The notes beneath the pieces were generated by a model. That model worked only from the letters and a program-made list of their open reading frames with translations. It did no database searches and was not told the origin of the DNA. Of a stretch of DNA of 52,409 nucleotides, positions 1-12,183 are shown piece after piece. This stretch comes from Nemertoderma westbladi. Taxonomy: Eukaryota; Animalia; Xenacoelomorpha. Every line of letters begins with the position of its first letter. Positions within the stretch are counted from its first letter, which is position 1. The position numbers and the translations under genes are program-made. The stretch is from the NCBI GenBank assembly GCA_032718475.1, contig JAUCBJ010002507.1:1-52409 (forward strand). Reading direction: 5' to 3'.

Positions 1-803
1 TCGTTCTAGGTGTAAGCCCGGAATATCTTATCGTTCTAGGTGTAAGCCCGGAATATCTTATCGTTCTAGGTGTAAGCCCGGAATATCTTATCGTTCTAGG
101 TGTAAGCCCGGAATATCCTTATCGTTCATAGGTGTAAGCCCGAAATATCTTATCGTTCTAGGTGTAAGCCCGGAATATATTTTCGTTCTAGGTGTAAGCC
201 CGGAATATCTTATCGTTCTAGGTGTAAGCCCGGAATATCTTATCGTTCTAGGTGAAAGCCCGGAATATCTTATCGTTCTAGGTGTAAGCCCGGAATATCT
301 TATCGTTCTAGGTGTAAGCCCGGAATATCTTATCGTTCTAGGTGTAAGCCCGGAATATCTTATCGTTCTAGGTGTAAGCCCGGAATATCTTATCGTTCTA
401 GGTGTAAGCCCGGAATATCTTATCGTTCTAGGTGTAAGCCCGGAATATCTTATCGTTCTAGGTGTAAGCCCGGAATATCTTATCGTTCTAGGTGTAAGCC
501 CGGAATATCTTATCGTTCTAGGTGTAAGCCCGGAATATCTTATCGTTCTAGGTGTAAGCCCGGAATATCTTATCGTTCTAGGTGTAAGCCCGGAATATCT
601 TATCGTTCTAGGTGTAAGCCCGGAATATCTTATCGTTCTAGGTGTAAGCCCGGAATATCTTATCGTTCTAGGTGTAAGCCCGGAATATCTTATCGTTCTA
701 GGTGTAAGCCCGGAATATCTTATCGTTCTAGGTGTAAGCCCGGAATATCTTATCGTTCTAGGTGTAAGCCCGGAATATCTTTTTGTTCTAGGTGTAAGCC
801 CGG
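1..803 (+). repeat. 30-bp minisatellite (TCGTTCTAGGTGTAAGCCCGGAATATCTTA), ~27 copies, truncated by window start; the unit is the splice acceptor plus first bases of the next LRP2 exon
   Basis: Directly visible 30-bp period; the last unit runs into the exon starting at 792 (ttttgttctag|GTGTAAGCCCGGGATT). Confidence 0.97.
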
Positions 804-904
804 GATTTGTTCCCATTTATGCCTACATCGACCACGGGGATTCTCTTGTAAATGCCCGCAAGGAACTCTATTCTTCAAAGACAGTCATATGACATGTGAC
901 GCAG
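792..904 (+). CDS. LRP2: LRP2/megalin-like exon, EGF repeat
   Basis: AG/GT-bounded; translates [37 protein letters not shown], resembling the megalin juxtamembrane EGF (CSHLCLLRPGGYSCACPQG...CDA); phase fits the next exon. Absent from the ORF track because it has no start codon. Confidence 0.85.
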
Positions 905-1054
905 GTTCGTAATTGCTACTTTTCAAACAGTGATGTAAATAGTTCATATTATTTAAATTTGTGAGAATTATGTAGAAAATCAATTCCTCCGAACGCTTTT
1001 ATAATCGTTCTTTGATATTGTTACCTTTTTTATAGATGTTGTATTTTATTTCAG

Positions 1055-1292
1055 ATGTTCTGGAATTATCGCCTCTTCTTGGTCTCTGCGAATGCCGCAA
1101 TGGCGGTTACTGTTTCGGTGGATCACGAGAGTGCGTATGTCCGGATGGCTGGACTGGCGACTTGTGCGAGGTTGCTGGATCGGGGATATCGGCGCTGCTT
1201 GCTACCGGTGTTATTGTAGCTATCACTGTGGGCGGGGTGGTGTTGGCTGTGGTCATCGCCGGGTTCATTCTATACCGATGGAGGAAGGCAAG
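1055..1292 (+). CDS. LRP2: LRP2/megalin-like exon, last EGF repeat plus transmembrane helix
   Basis: tttcag|AT...GCAAG|gtgggt; CECRNGGYC...CVCPDGWTGDLCE, then hydrophobic VIVAITVGGVVLAVVIAGFILY and basic RWRK stop-transfer. Confidence 0.88.
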
Positions 1293-1426
1293 GTGGGTTT
1301 TCGGATTTATGCGTTTGCTCTTTATAACCCGTCGGGAAACAAAATATGTCCTTTATATTCCTGTTTGACATAAAGTCTTGCTGATGTTATGGGTGAATGA
1401 GTGGTTTCATATTATTATAACTTTTG

Positions 1427-1702
1427 TTGGGCACAGCTCTTGCAAAGTCGGCAATGATGTCCAGGTGAGATCGAACCGGTGGCCTCCAGGTTGGATGTCT
1501 GACGTTCTAACCATTCCGCTAGCGGCTCAGGTAAAAGGTAGACCTGGAAATAGCTGTCATGAGGACGTAAATTGCTCACATACAAGGTATCAGGCAGTAT
1601 TTCCAGGTCTATCATTAACCTGACAGCCGCTATAGCGGAAGAATAGTTAGAACATTATACTTTCAACCTGGACGTCATTGCCGACTTCGCAAAGCTGTGC
1701 CA
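1427..1702. repeat. Inverted pair (foldback) of a tRNA-related dispersed repeat inside an LRP2 intron
   Basis: GGCACAGCTCTTGCAAAGTCGGCAATGATGTCCAGG near 1430 is complementary to CCTGGACGTCATTGCCGACTTCGCAAAGCTGTGCC near 1667-1700; AGACCTGGAAATA pairs with TATTTCCAGGTCT; A-box/B-box-like motifs on the minus strand; same family at 27961-28140. Confidence 0.75.
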
Positions 1703-1911
1703 AGTGTTGTAAAGTGTTACATTAATAGAAATGCATGTGATTTACTCTATCTGCGCGGTATACCTGATATCCTTCAGTTGTGTTATCTTGTCAGTTGTCA
1801 TGCACTTCGTAAAATTCCTTTAGTTTGTTTTAGGTTGCCGTTATGCATACGCACTAATTTTATTTCCATCTAATAAATATCTATATGTACTGGTACTCCC
1901 AATGTTTTCAG

Positions 1912-2026
1912 ATCATTCGCCCCATGGCAACGACAGGAAGATGTACCTGGAGTGTCATTCGATGGTTCTCGGATTGAAATATCGCGGCCAAACCCACCCC
2001 CATACAGCCAGACACTTAGTGTTATG
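1912..2026 (+). CDS. LRP2: LRP2/megalin-like exon, cytoplasmic tail with PPPY motif
   Basis: ttttcag|ATCATTC...GTTATG|gtgagt; SFAPWQRQEDVPGVSFDGSRIEISRPNPPPYSQTLSVM; phases match both neighbours. Confidence 0.8.
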
Positions 2027-3245
2027 GTGAGTTATGATGGTTATTAGTGTTAGCACTCCACCCCCATACAGCCATAATCTTAGTGTTATAGTGTGTATTC
2101 CACCCCCATACAGTCAGACTCTTAGGATTATGGTGAGTATTCCACCCCCATACAGCCAGACTCTTAGTGTTATGGTGAGTATTCCACCCCCATACAGTCA
2201 GACTCTTAGGATTATGGTGAGTATTCCACCCCCATACAGCCAGACACTTAGTGTTATAGTGTGTATTCCACCCCCATACAGTCAGACTCTTAGGATTATG
2301 GTGAGTATTCCACCCCCATACAGCCAGACACTTAGTGTTATGGTGAGTATTCCACCCCATACAGTCAGACTCTTAGGATTATGGTGAGTATTCCACCTCT
2401 CCCATACAGCCAGCACGCTGCACCCAAATGTTATGGAGAGTATTCCACCCCCATACAGCCAGACAGCTTAGTGTTATGTCTGAGTCATGTGCCACCATTC
2501 CATGCAGCTTTCAGATCTGCAAGAATGTTATGGTCCGAGTATCTTTTCTCACCCTCCAGTTCTTAGCCAGACACGTAAGTGTTATGTCTGAGTATTGCCA
2601 CCCCATACGAGCCAGCACTCTATTTTACAATGTTATGCGTGAGCCCTATTCTCACCGGCTCTCACGGTACAGCCATGCACACTTTCTACGTTATGTTGAG
2701 TAGTTCCACCCGCATAGCAGCCATGACTCAAAATGTTATGGTGAGTATTCCACCCCATTTTGCAGCCATTGACGACTTAGTGTTATGGTGAGTTTTCCAC
2801 CCCCATACAGCCAGACAGCTTAGTGTTCATGGTGAGCTGTTCCACCACCCATATCAGCCAGACTGCCTAGTGTTCATGTTGAGGCTATTCCACCGTCCCA
2901 CTGACATGCCAGTGACACTTAGCGTTCACTGGTGAAGTTTTCCACCTCTCCATACAGCTCTTAGACACATTTGGTTGTAATGCCCTGGGCCTTTTATATC
3001 GCACAGCCCATGCAGCCAGACCCTTAGTGTTATGGGGCCGTTATTCCACCCCCATTGACTAAGGCCAGTTTTCATCACTTAGGCTCTCGTGGTGCAGATA
3101 TGAATCCACCCGCCATACAGTCTGTCTCTATAAGTGTATATGGTGAAATTGGTATTCCACCTCCATTAGCAGAGTCACTTAGTGTTATGGTGAGTATTCC
3201 ACCCCCATACAGCCAGACACTAAGTGTTATGGTGAGTATTCGATG
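1994..3245 (+). repeat. 42-bp minisatellite (CCACCCCCATACAGCCAGACACTTAGTGTTATGGTGAGTATT); the unit is the exon end plus GTGAGT donor; regular to ~2400, indel-rich afterwards
   Basis: The first unit overlaps the end of exon 1912-2026; period directly visible. Confidence 0.93.
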
Positions 3246-3491
3246 TGGTGAGTATCACTTTATCATTAGAATAATCCCTCTGACAGTCTGCTCTCAAGAA
3301 GGCCGACTTATCAAATTAACTCGTCTCGTCACAAAGCCAAATGTAATGGGAATCGGGGTCATTATTATACTACGTTAAAGGTGTCTGATTTTTGGTGCCA
3401 CTAAATTACATAATAATATAAATAATGAAACAAGGATGAAACATTCCTTATCGGGGGGCTATTTACTACAGGTTCACTTTATATTCCCCAG

Positions 3492-3885
3492 ACGCCACCG
3501 ACCAACACCCCTGTGGATGACTCGTCAATCAAAGCGACCGCCTTTAACAACCCGGCATACAATCTACCCGAAGTTAATACATTTACTAAGCAATCGCTCG
3601 AGGTACCGCTAGAGGGAGTCGGAAAGAACGCCTTCGATAATCCCCGGTTCAACCCGGGCTCGCTAGATGGTGTTAATAATCCCCAGATTAGTCCGGATTT
3701 AGGGGTCGCCGACGTTAGCGACGGTATTAATAATCCCAGTTACGGGTCGGCCGCTTCCAATGATGTCAACGTTGCTATTAGCAACCCGGCTTACTATGGG
3801 ATCGACGGGGATATGTCACGCCGCTTGTCTGACGATCATGGCGAGATCGTGGAAGAGGGTATGGAAGATGTTGTAATGGATTCAG
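3492..3885 (+). CDS. LRP2: LRP2/megalin-like exon, cytoplasmic tail with several NPxY/NPxF motifs
   Basis: attccccag|ACG...GATTCAG|gtgagt; contains FNNPAY, FDNPRF, INNPSY and ISNPAY. Confidence 0.85.
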
Positions 3886-3893
3886 GTGAGTAT

Positions 3894-4155
3894 AGCCAAT
3901 CAGATTACTGTAATTGTGTGTAAATAAGGCTCCCTTTAAGCAGCCAATCATATTACTGTATAATTGTGTGTAAATAAGGCTCCCTTTAAGCAGCCAATCA
4001 GATTACTGTAATTGTGTGTAAATAAGGCTCCCTTTAAGCAGCCAATCAGATTACTGTAATTGTGTGTAAATAAGGCTCCCTTTAAGCAGCCAATCAGATT
4101 GCAGTAATTGTGCGTAAATAAGGCTCCCTTTAAGCAGCCAATCAGATTGCTGTAA
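3894..4155 (+). repeat. 48-bp intronic minisatellite, ~5 copies
   Basis: AGCCAATCAGATTACTGTAATTGTGTGTAAATAAGGCTCCCTTTAAGC repeated, starting 8 nt after the donor. Confidence 0.95.
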
Positions 4156-4195
4156 TACTTATAATATTATAATATATTGGTTATTAACATTTTAG

Positions 4196-4311
4196 AACAC
4201 GATGCACGCGACCCACCGGAGACGGTGGCAGCACCAGCGGTGCCTGCTAGGCCGCCTCGATTAAGGTTATCCTCCCAATTATACAACGTTGATAACAAAT
4301 CAACTGAATAA
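4196..4311 (+). CDS. LRP2: LRP2/megalin-like terminal coding exon
   Basis: aacattttag|AACAC...TAA; EHDARDPPETVAAPAVPARPPRLRLSSQLYNVDNKSTE*, with a proline-rich SH3-type motif; phase 1 matches the previous exon. Confidence 0.75.
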
Positions 4312-4739
4312 TTGATTCTGATTGGATAGTTGGGTATTCGTTGTTATTCCACAACTTAATTGACTAGTTATTGTTTCTAAAAGGTCGACAATCGTACTTC
4401 TGAGTTACTGGTGCATTTATTTTACTATCATATTATATATTTGTGTTATTATACATTTAGTATTTCATCGTGGCTTATTTTTTATTCTGATAAATTACTT
4501 ATATTTACAATTTATATTATTATTATTATAGGTATAGATACCTTTTCATAATATTTAGTATTTTAGTTAAATTTATTTACTTATATTTTTCTTTTTGTGT
4601 GTAAAGTTATTCATAAAATATCAGAGGTTTTTAGAGGTCGAATAATGGTCCAACTTACTTTCCATATCGTCCCGTGCTGTTTCTGTTATCAACAAACCTT
4701 TAATACTAATACTACAGTATATCTATCAACCTGCTACTT

Positions 4740-6657
4740 AAACCGCATCAATGTAGGCCAGTGTCCAACTACTGTATACTAAACTGCGTCAATGTAGGCC
4801 AGTGTCCAACTACTGTATACTAAACTGCGTCAATGTAGGCCAGTGTCCAACTACTGTATACTAAACTGCGTCAATGTAGGCCAGTGTCCAACTACTGTAT
4901 ACTAAACTGCGTCAATGTAGGCCAGTGTCCAACTACTGTATACTAAACTGCGTCAATGTAGGCCGGTGTCCAACTACTGTATACTAAACTGCGTCAATGT
5001 AGGCCAGTGTCCAACTACTGTATACTAAACCGCGTCAATGTAGGCCAGTGTCCAACTACTGTATACTAAACTGCGTCAATGTAGGCCAGTGTCCAACTAC
5101 TGTATACTAAACTGCGTCAATGTAGGCCAGTGTCCAACTACTGTATACTAAACCGCGTCAATGTAGGCCAGTGTCCAACTACTGTATACTAAACCGCGTC
5201 AATGTAGGCCAGTGTCCAACTACTGTATACTAAACCGCGTCAATGTAGGCCAGTGTCCAACTACTGTATACTAAACCGCGTCAATGTAGGCCAGTGTCCA
5301 ACTACTGTATACTAAACTGCGTCAATGTAGGCCAGTGTCCAACTACTGTATACTAAACTGCGTCAATGTAGGCCAGTGTCCAACTACTGTATACTAAACT
5401 GCGTCAATGTAGGCCAGTGTCCAACTACTGTATACTAAACCGCGTCAATGTAGGCCAGTGTCCAACTACTGTATACTAAACTGCGTCAATGTAGGCCAGT
5501 GTCCAACTACTGTATACTAAACTGCGTCAATGTAGGCCAGTGTCCAACTACTGTATACTAAACTGCGTCAATGTAGGCCAGTGTCCAACTACTGTATACT
5601 AAACCGCGTCAATGTAGGCCAGTGTCCAACTACTGTATACCAAACTGCGTCAATGTAGGCCAGTGTCCAACTACTGTATACTAAACTGCGTCAATGTAGG
5701 CCAGTGTCCAACTACTGTATACTAAACTGCGTCAATGTAGGCCAGTGTCCAACTACTGTATACTAAACCGCGTCAATGTAGGCCAGTGTCCAACTACTGT
5801 ATACTAAACCGCGTCAATATAGGCCAGTGTCCAACTACTGTATACTAAACCGCGTCAATGTAGGCCAGTGTCCAACTACTGTATACTAAACCGCGTCAAT
5901 GTAGGCCAGTGTCCAACTACTGTATACCAAACTGCGTCAATGTAGGCCAGTGTCCAACTACTGTATACTAAACTGCGTCAATGTAGGCCAGTGTCCAACT
6001 ACTGTATACTAAACCGCGTCAATGTAGGCCAGTGTCCAACTACTGTATACTAAACTGCGTCAATGTAGGCCAGTGTCCAACTACTGTATACTAAACCGCG
6101 TCAATGTAGGCCAGTGTCCAACTACTGCATACTAAACCGCGTCAATGTAGGCCAGTGTCCAACTACTGTATACCAAACTGCGTCAATGTAGGCCAGTGTC
6201 CAACTACTGTATACTAAACTGCGTCAATGTAGGCCAGTGTCCAACTAATGTATACTAAACTGCGTCAATGTAGGCCAGTGTCCAACTACTGTATACTAAA
6301 CTGCGTCAATGTAGGCCAGTGTCCAACTACTGTATACTAAACTGCGTCAATGTAGGCCAGTGTCCAACTACTGTATACTAAACTGCGTCAATGTAGGCCA
6401 GTGTCCAACTACTGTATACTAAACTGCGTCAATGTAGGCCAGTGTCCAACTACTGTATACTAAACTGCGTCAATGTAGGCCAGTGTCCAACTACTGTATA
6501 CTAAACTGCGTCAATGTAGGCCAGTGTCCAACTACTGTATACTAAACTGCGTCAATGTAGGCCAGTGTCCAACTACTGTATACTAAACTGCGTCAATGTA
6601 GGCCAGTGTCCAACTACTGTATACTAAACTGCGTCAATGTAGGCCAGTGTCCTACTA
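4740..6657 (+). repeat. 41-bp minisatellite (ACTACTGTATACTAAACTGCGTCAATGTAGGCCAGTGTCCA), ~46 copies
   Basis: Directly visible and highly homogeneous, with a C/T variant (AAACTG/AAACCG). Confidence 0.98.
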
Positions 6658-8811
6658 CCCAAATTTGTGGTCTGAAATGGCAGAAAACTTTCCCATCAGA
6701 ACATTTAGACTGTATAATATAATATCGCTAGAACGGAAAGGAATTAGATAATGTCCGGCATTATTGTTTTTTATTCGTGTATTATACTGTTAGTTAGTTC
6801 ATTTTTTTGCTATTAATGGATATTGTAAACTATATAGTAGTCCAGTAATGCGATACTTTATTGGACTGCACGCAGAATAATGAATGAGTAACTGAATAAT
6901 GAATCTACAAAATTGTAGCTTTAAATTTCCTTCAATAAATATATATACGTATATATTTTTTATCGCTTTTTCAATATATATATGCAAATATTTTTCCATT
7001 ATATTATAAAATATAATTGTGTTTATATTGGTTGTATATAATTTTGCACAAAATGCCGCTTACAACTCTATTTTTCTTTAACAAAACTAAGTAGATCTGA
7101 TAATTAGTAGGTTGTATAATTACATTTTCTAATATTTTTGTTAGATTTCTCTAATTTTTACTGCGATTCGTATATTATATAATATTATTACACACGTTTG
7201 TACTGGTTTACCTTATTATAAAGTCCTATATATTGTTTGTTATCTTTTCGTATTTAAATATTATTTATTACATATTTATTACATGTATTACATTGTAATT
7301 TCATTATTATGTTATTATAATATTATTTAGGTAAGTTTAGGTCCACTCCAACTTCGTATCTCGCTAGGAAATTGTATCTATAATAATTACAGTATTCTAA
7401 TAAAAATAGGTTTTTAGGAGTTGCACATAGAAAACAATATTTCTAATTATAATTTATTTCCATTTCTTTTGTTTAAATTTAACATTTTTACTTCTGTTTA
7501 GTTTCACAGCCGTAGCAGAAATATTCACAGTAGAAATCTGATAATTTGTAAAATAGATAATTAGTTTGTTTTGTTTGAAGGATTATCCGGCAGTGCCACT
7601 TGGAGCAGTACACATTATTAGTTGTATTAGAGATTATTACAAAACAATATTAGTTTCTCCTTTTGTACAAGTTGATTTATAACAATTTATTAACTAACTT
7701 AGTAAATAACTTATTACTTTGTTGTATTTATGTGGATGTCCACTACCCAAACTTTTATTGCTAACATTTTGGTCGAATTGGGATTTTAAATTTCTTACTT
7801 ATACCCAAAGTCGCAAAGTCTTAACTATTTTTCATCATTTTCATGTTCTTATTATAAGTTTTTCTTACGTCATACGTCACTATCAGCTTTACTATATTTA
7901 TTCATATAACATTTTTTTCTATTATATTTATAGGCCTAATTATTGTTGTATAGTAATCGTTTTATTGTACATTGTGTTTATTTACTGTGTGAAAAATGAC
8001 AATTTAAATATATTACGATGCATGTGAAGAATATACCGTGAGGTTTAAAACCTATGTTTTTTTCTCTATAAAATCCACTTACTCTCACTTAAAACCCTTT
8101 ACTGCATGGTGTTATCAGGGAACATTAGCAAAAAATTATTTAATTATTGACTTTGTCTATCTAAAGTCACTGTCCAATCAGCATCCTTTCTCCTCTGCTG
8201 CCTTTTACATCTCTTAGTAACAGAACAAACACCAAGGTGTATCTCACTAAGATTTACCAATTGTTTGAGCGTCTGTCATTGTGTAAACCACTAAAGCTAT
8301 TCATTCTCCTTCGAAAAATCACGCGATTGGCCAATTTCATAAGGAAAGAGTCAATGCAACAAGCGCGAAAAGGCCCGCGTCTACTAACGCATGAACTGTC
8401 TCCTTGTTTGGCTTACTACCAATCATGAGTACATGGCAAGTAAACAGTTTACAGAAAGGAACGATCTTAGAGGGTGGGCGTGAACATCAGTTAAGAAGTA
8501 AGTACTCTATATTGATACATGATATTATTCAACTTACTTTCAAAAATATTGTTGAATAGCAACATTAAGAGACAATAAATTCAGCTTAACTTTTTTGCAC
8601 ATATTAGAGGATAGATTGGTAGTGTACTTTAGAATGTGCCGTTGACCCTGAGGACTTCGACTTCGAGCCAACTATCTTTCGAAAGGAAATATAATCTTAT
8701 ATTTCCCGTAAATATTTTCCGCTTTTTTTTATAATAACTTATTGGAGCGAATACTGGAAAACACAATACAATACTCAGTTCAAAAACGAATAACGAATTT
8801 TAAACGAAGCT

Positions 8812-8926
8812 GGACAATACCGACCCGGACAATTCCGACCCATTCAAAGACCGAAATAAATTTTCATGGGTCGGAATTGTCCGGGTCTGACTTGTCCTTG
8901 GTCGGAATTGTCCGGGTCGGAATTGT
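8812..8926. mobile_element. Small palindromic MITE-like remnant made of 15-bp subrepeats
   Basis: GGACAATTCCGACCC copies on the left, inverted GGGTCGGAATTGTCC copies on the right. Confidence 0.6.
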
Positions 8927-9410
8927 AAAAATTATTAATAGAAATTACCGGTAATCAATGACAAAAATTGTGTTCTAGAAAGCTAGTAATATTTTTCCTA
9001 ATTAATAGCTAATATATTTTAGAACATTTTCAATAAAAGTAACAAAAAATAGCTACAGTAGTATTCAAAATTTGGTGGGGGTGTGCCCTAAACATACTAG
9101 TACCGAATACACTCAATGCACAATATGCATATGCATATGCAATGCTACAATATAGCACAACATATAGCTACAATGCAGGATAGTCTGTGATATAGAGATG
9201 AGAACTGTAGTTTCGCCAGTGCCAATTTTTTCTTATTTGTAGGCCTATTGAAACCAATACCGGACAATTCATACCTTTTGTTAACATACTGTTTCGAAAT
9301 GCCCACAAAACCCCACAACATTAAATTGCGTGCAAAAATATTCATTCTACGTCCAACAGGGCGCGGTTTTATTATTTAGGGGCTGTAATAATTCACAAAT
9401 TTATTAATTT

Positions 9411-9623
9411 TTCCTATTTTAGGGTACCTCTATGATATAAATGCACACATTTATGTAATTAATTCCTCACCTAGAGATTGGATGATTATTTATTTTCAAT
9501 AGAATATTAATTGATTCTAGATTTATCTATTTATTTTTCTGTGTTTCTGTATCAGCCATTCGCTAGAGAGAGGGGATAAAATCACATACATGTGTGCATT
9601 TATGATCATCCCTTAAAATAGGA
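9411..9623. mobile_element. Degenerate foldback/MITE
   Basis: TTCCTATTTTAGGG...ATAAATGCACACAT on the left is complementary to ATGTGTGCATTTAT...CCCTTAAAATAGGAA on the right. Confidence 0.55.
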
Positions 9624-10112
9624 AGATAAATAACTAATCAATAGTAGCGTAATAATAGCGACGTACTGTAATAGCAGCTGCGGGCCCGGGATCAGCACCA
9701 CATGGAAGCTCCAGACGTCCCTACGACAGTGCGGCAACTAAACTCATTGTACACACGCCAAACATTATCGATGATGATTCGATGATTTCGATGATTATCG
9801 ATGGTTTCTTCTTCTTTTTTTCTCCAATTTAATCGGTCTTTGGTCCCAGCTGGGCGGGTATTTTATTAATATAATTTTATCGCCATATTGTTTTTACTGT
9901 TGTATTGCCATATTGTAATCTGTAATTAAATGAAATAAAATCTGCACTACCAGTACACCTAACTTTTACTTTTTTATGTTTCCATCATGGTGGCGCTACA
10001 CAATGGGCTACTCGGTTCTTGTTAAGGAAAAATAAAGAAATACACCACACCCCCCTCCACCCCACTTCCCTCGGCTCTCGCATTTCACATAAGAAAGGAC
10101 AAACTGCCTACT

Positions 10113-10204
10113 GGGCTACTGCACCCTACACATTCCATAAACTCTAAAAAATAAATCTAAGATAGTTCGCAGCGGCCCAGTAGAAGCTTGCAGTCCCCCT
10201 TTTT
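10113..10204. repeat. ~92-bp dispersed repeat, copy 1 (direct copy at 19688-19780)
   Basis: GGGCTACTGCACCC...GATAGTTCGCAGCGGCCCAGTAGAAGCTTGCAGTCCCCCTTTTT is shared with only a few differences. Confidence 0.85.
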
Positions 10205-10209
10205 ATATT

Positions 10210-12151
10210 CGAACCAGATACTACCGAACTATCTTGATACCGGTGATACCAGGGACGGGCACAGTCGGGTGTCCTCCACTACTGATTGCACTAAAACCAC
10301 GGCGGGTTCGGCAGCACAACTTGCTAGACACAGAGCTCGGATGATCGGCTTCCGAGTCCAAGCCAAATGGGAACAGATCTGTAAGGAAAAGGTGAGAGCA
10401 ATAAAGGAACGGGGATGGAGGCACCAGAGTGAGGAACGGAAACTGGAGGAACAGAAGATCTGGGAGGAACGGAAACTGGATGAACAAAAAGATCTCTGAG
10501 GATGCGGGCTGGAAAAACTGATGTGAGAGAAAGCGGAATTGGAATTCGAAGCTCGACTCTGGGAGGAAGAAGCTAAGGAGGACCACGAACCATTTGGGTT
10601 TACCTTCATACCTCAGAGAAACAATGAACCGGGGGCAGCAACAGATAACTCAGGTGTCACACAGGTGTGGGTGTTAATGAGGTCTGAGGTTGTACTGGTA
10701 TGTACACAATGCTGTCATCAGCCAATGGCTTCACCCTCCCCAATGCCAGAACCGGAGGAAGAAGGATACGGGATTCGGGATGCAGCAGTACATCAGGGTC
10801 GCATGGTGGCAGCCCCAGAGATAATGGGCTATGGTCGGGATATGGCGCAACGTCGGGGTGGCATTGCGGAAGTCCCGGTTGTAATGGGCCACAGTCGGGA
10901 TACGGTGCAGCATCAGTGTGGCATTGCAGAAGTCCCAGCTGTGTCAGTCGACAATGACCATCATCAGGTGGATAGAAAACCTTTGGGTCTATTCTGGAAC
11001 CCTTGGACTGAGACAGGGGTTAATCCAAGCAACATGGGGGCCACCTACAACCATCCTCCTACGAAGGCCTCACCTCGGACAGTGGACGGCGGGATGCCAG
11101 GGGATCACGGGCGACTAGATGCCTGCGCCCAACCTTTTATCCCCAGGGACCGGACTCACCAATCTTCCACAGGAAACTGGGTAGGGTCGGTCGATTCGTG
11201 GATTGATGACCTAATCCCTGGAATTGAAACTGTAGTTTGGGGTGGCGAAGGAGCACAGAGTTTGGAGATGGCGCTAATGAGACTCGGGGACGAATGGAAC
11301 GGGGCGCGCCAGAGGTGCGACTGTTACGGTTGGATGGGAACCCAATGCAGTGGCCGCAATTCATCGAGTGGTTCTACGAGCTTGTACACCATCGTGTACA
11401 TTAAACGGATGCTCGTCACCTCGCGCTGCTTCAAGGGCAACTCGACAGGATGGTCAGAGATACCATTGCGGGATACGGTTGCAGCGGGAGAGCATATGTC
11501 CAGGTGCTCCAGACTCAAAAGTGGCCGTTTGCGCACCCGTCGCTCGTCTCTCAGGTCTTCATAAACTCAATCGCAGAGGGAAAACAGATTCCCGCACGGT
11601 TAAGACAGTTCCATACGAATATAACTCTATATATTTATACACTATGGGCCACAGGTAATCGCGTGGATATATACTCAGTGGAAATGCTGCGATCAGTCTA
11701 TATGCGGCTGCCTTACCACCTGCAATGGAAGTGGCAGCAACATTGCGTAAATATCTGAGAGGGTCATGGTCGCAGGATACTGGAAGATCCATCCCTGATA
11801 CACCTGGAGATGTGGTTGGGTCGCTGCATACGGGCGCTGTTCAAACCAACTATAACGGACCTGAGCGAGTTCACCAATTCCGGCTCCAGGACGGGGAAGC
11901 CATGGTTCATAAAGCCGAGGGAGGATACCTGGGCTAAATGCGTAACATCACTCGTTTCTGGGGATGGGAGGAAGAGGACTAGATCGGAGAATCTGAACTC
12001 AGTCGAACATTCAGTGTCCTGCCACTCTATAGACTGCTGCGTCCTCTGCCAAGGGGACCATGCAACGAGAAACTGCGAGAACTTTAAGGGTCTAACGACG
12101 AAACAACAAATGGATAAAGTCCACATACGCGACCTATCCTTCAAGTGCCTG

Positions 12152-12183
<32 letters not shown>

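Noticed and set aside
88-816. 242-aa repetitive ORF on the minus strand
   Set aside because: By-product of the 30-bp minisatellite; antisense to an LRP2 intron.
2034-2387. Poly-PPPY ORF as an extension of the receptor tail
   Set aside because: Out of frame with the exon; read-through stops at TAG 2045.
4740-6657. CRISPR-like regular repeats (also 1-803 and 27366-27872)
   Set aside because: Head-to-tail units with no unique spacers, no cas genes, eukaryotic context.
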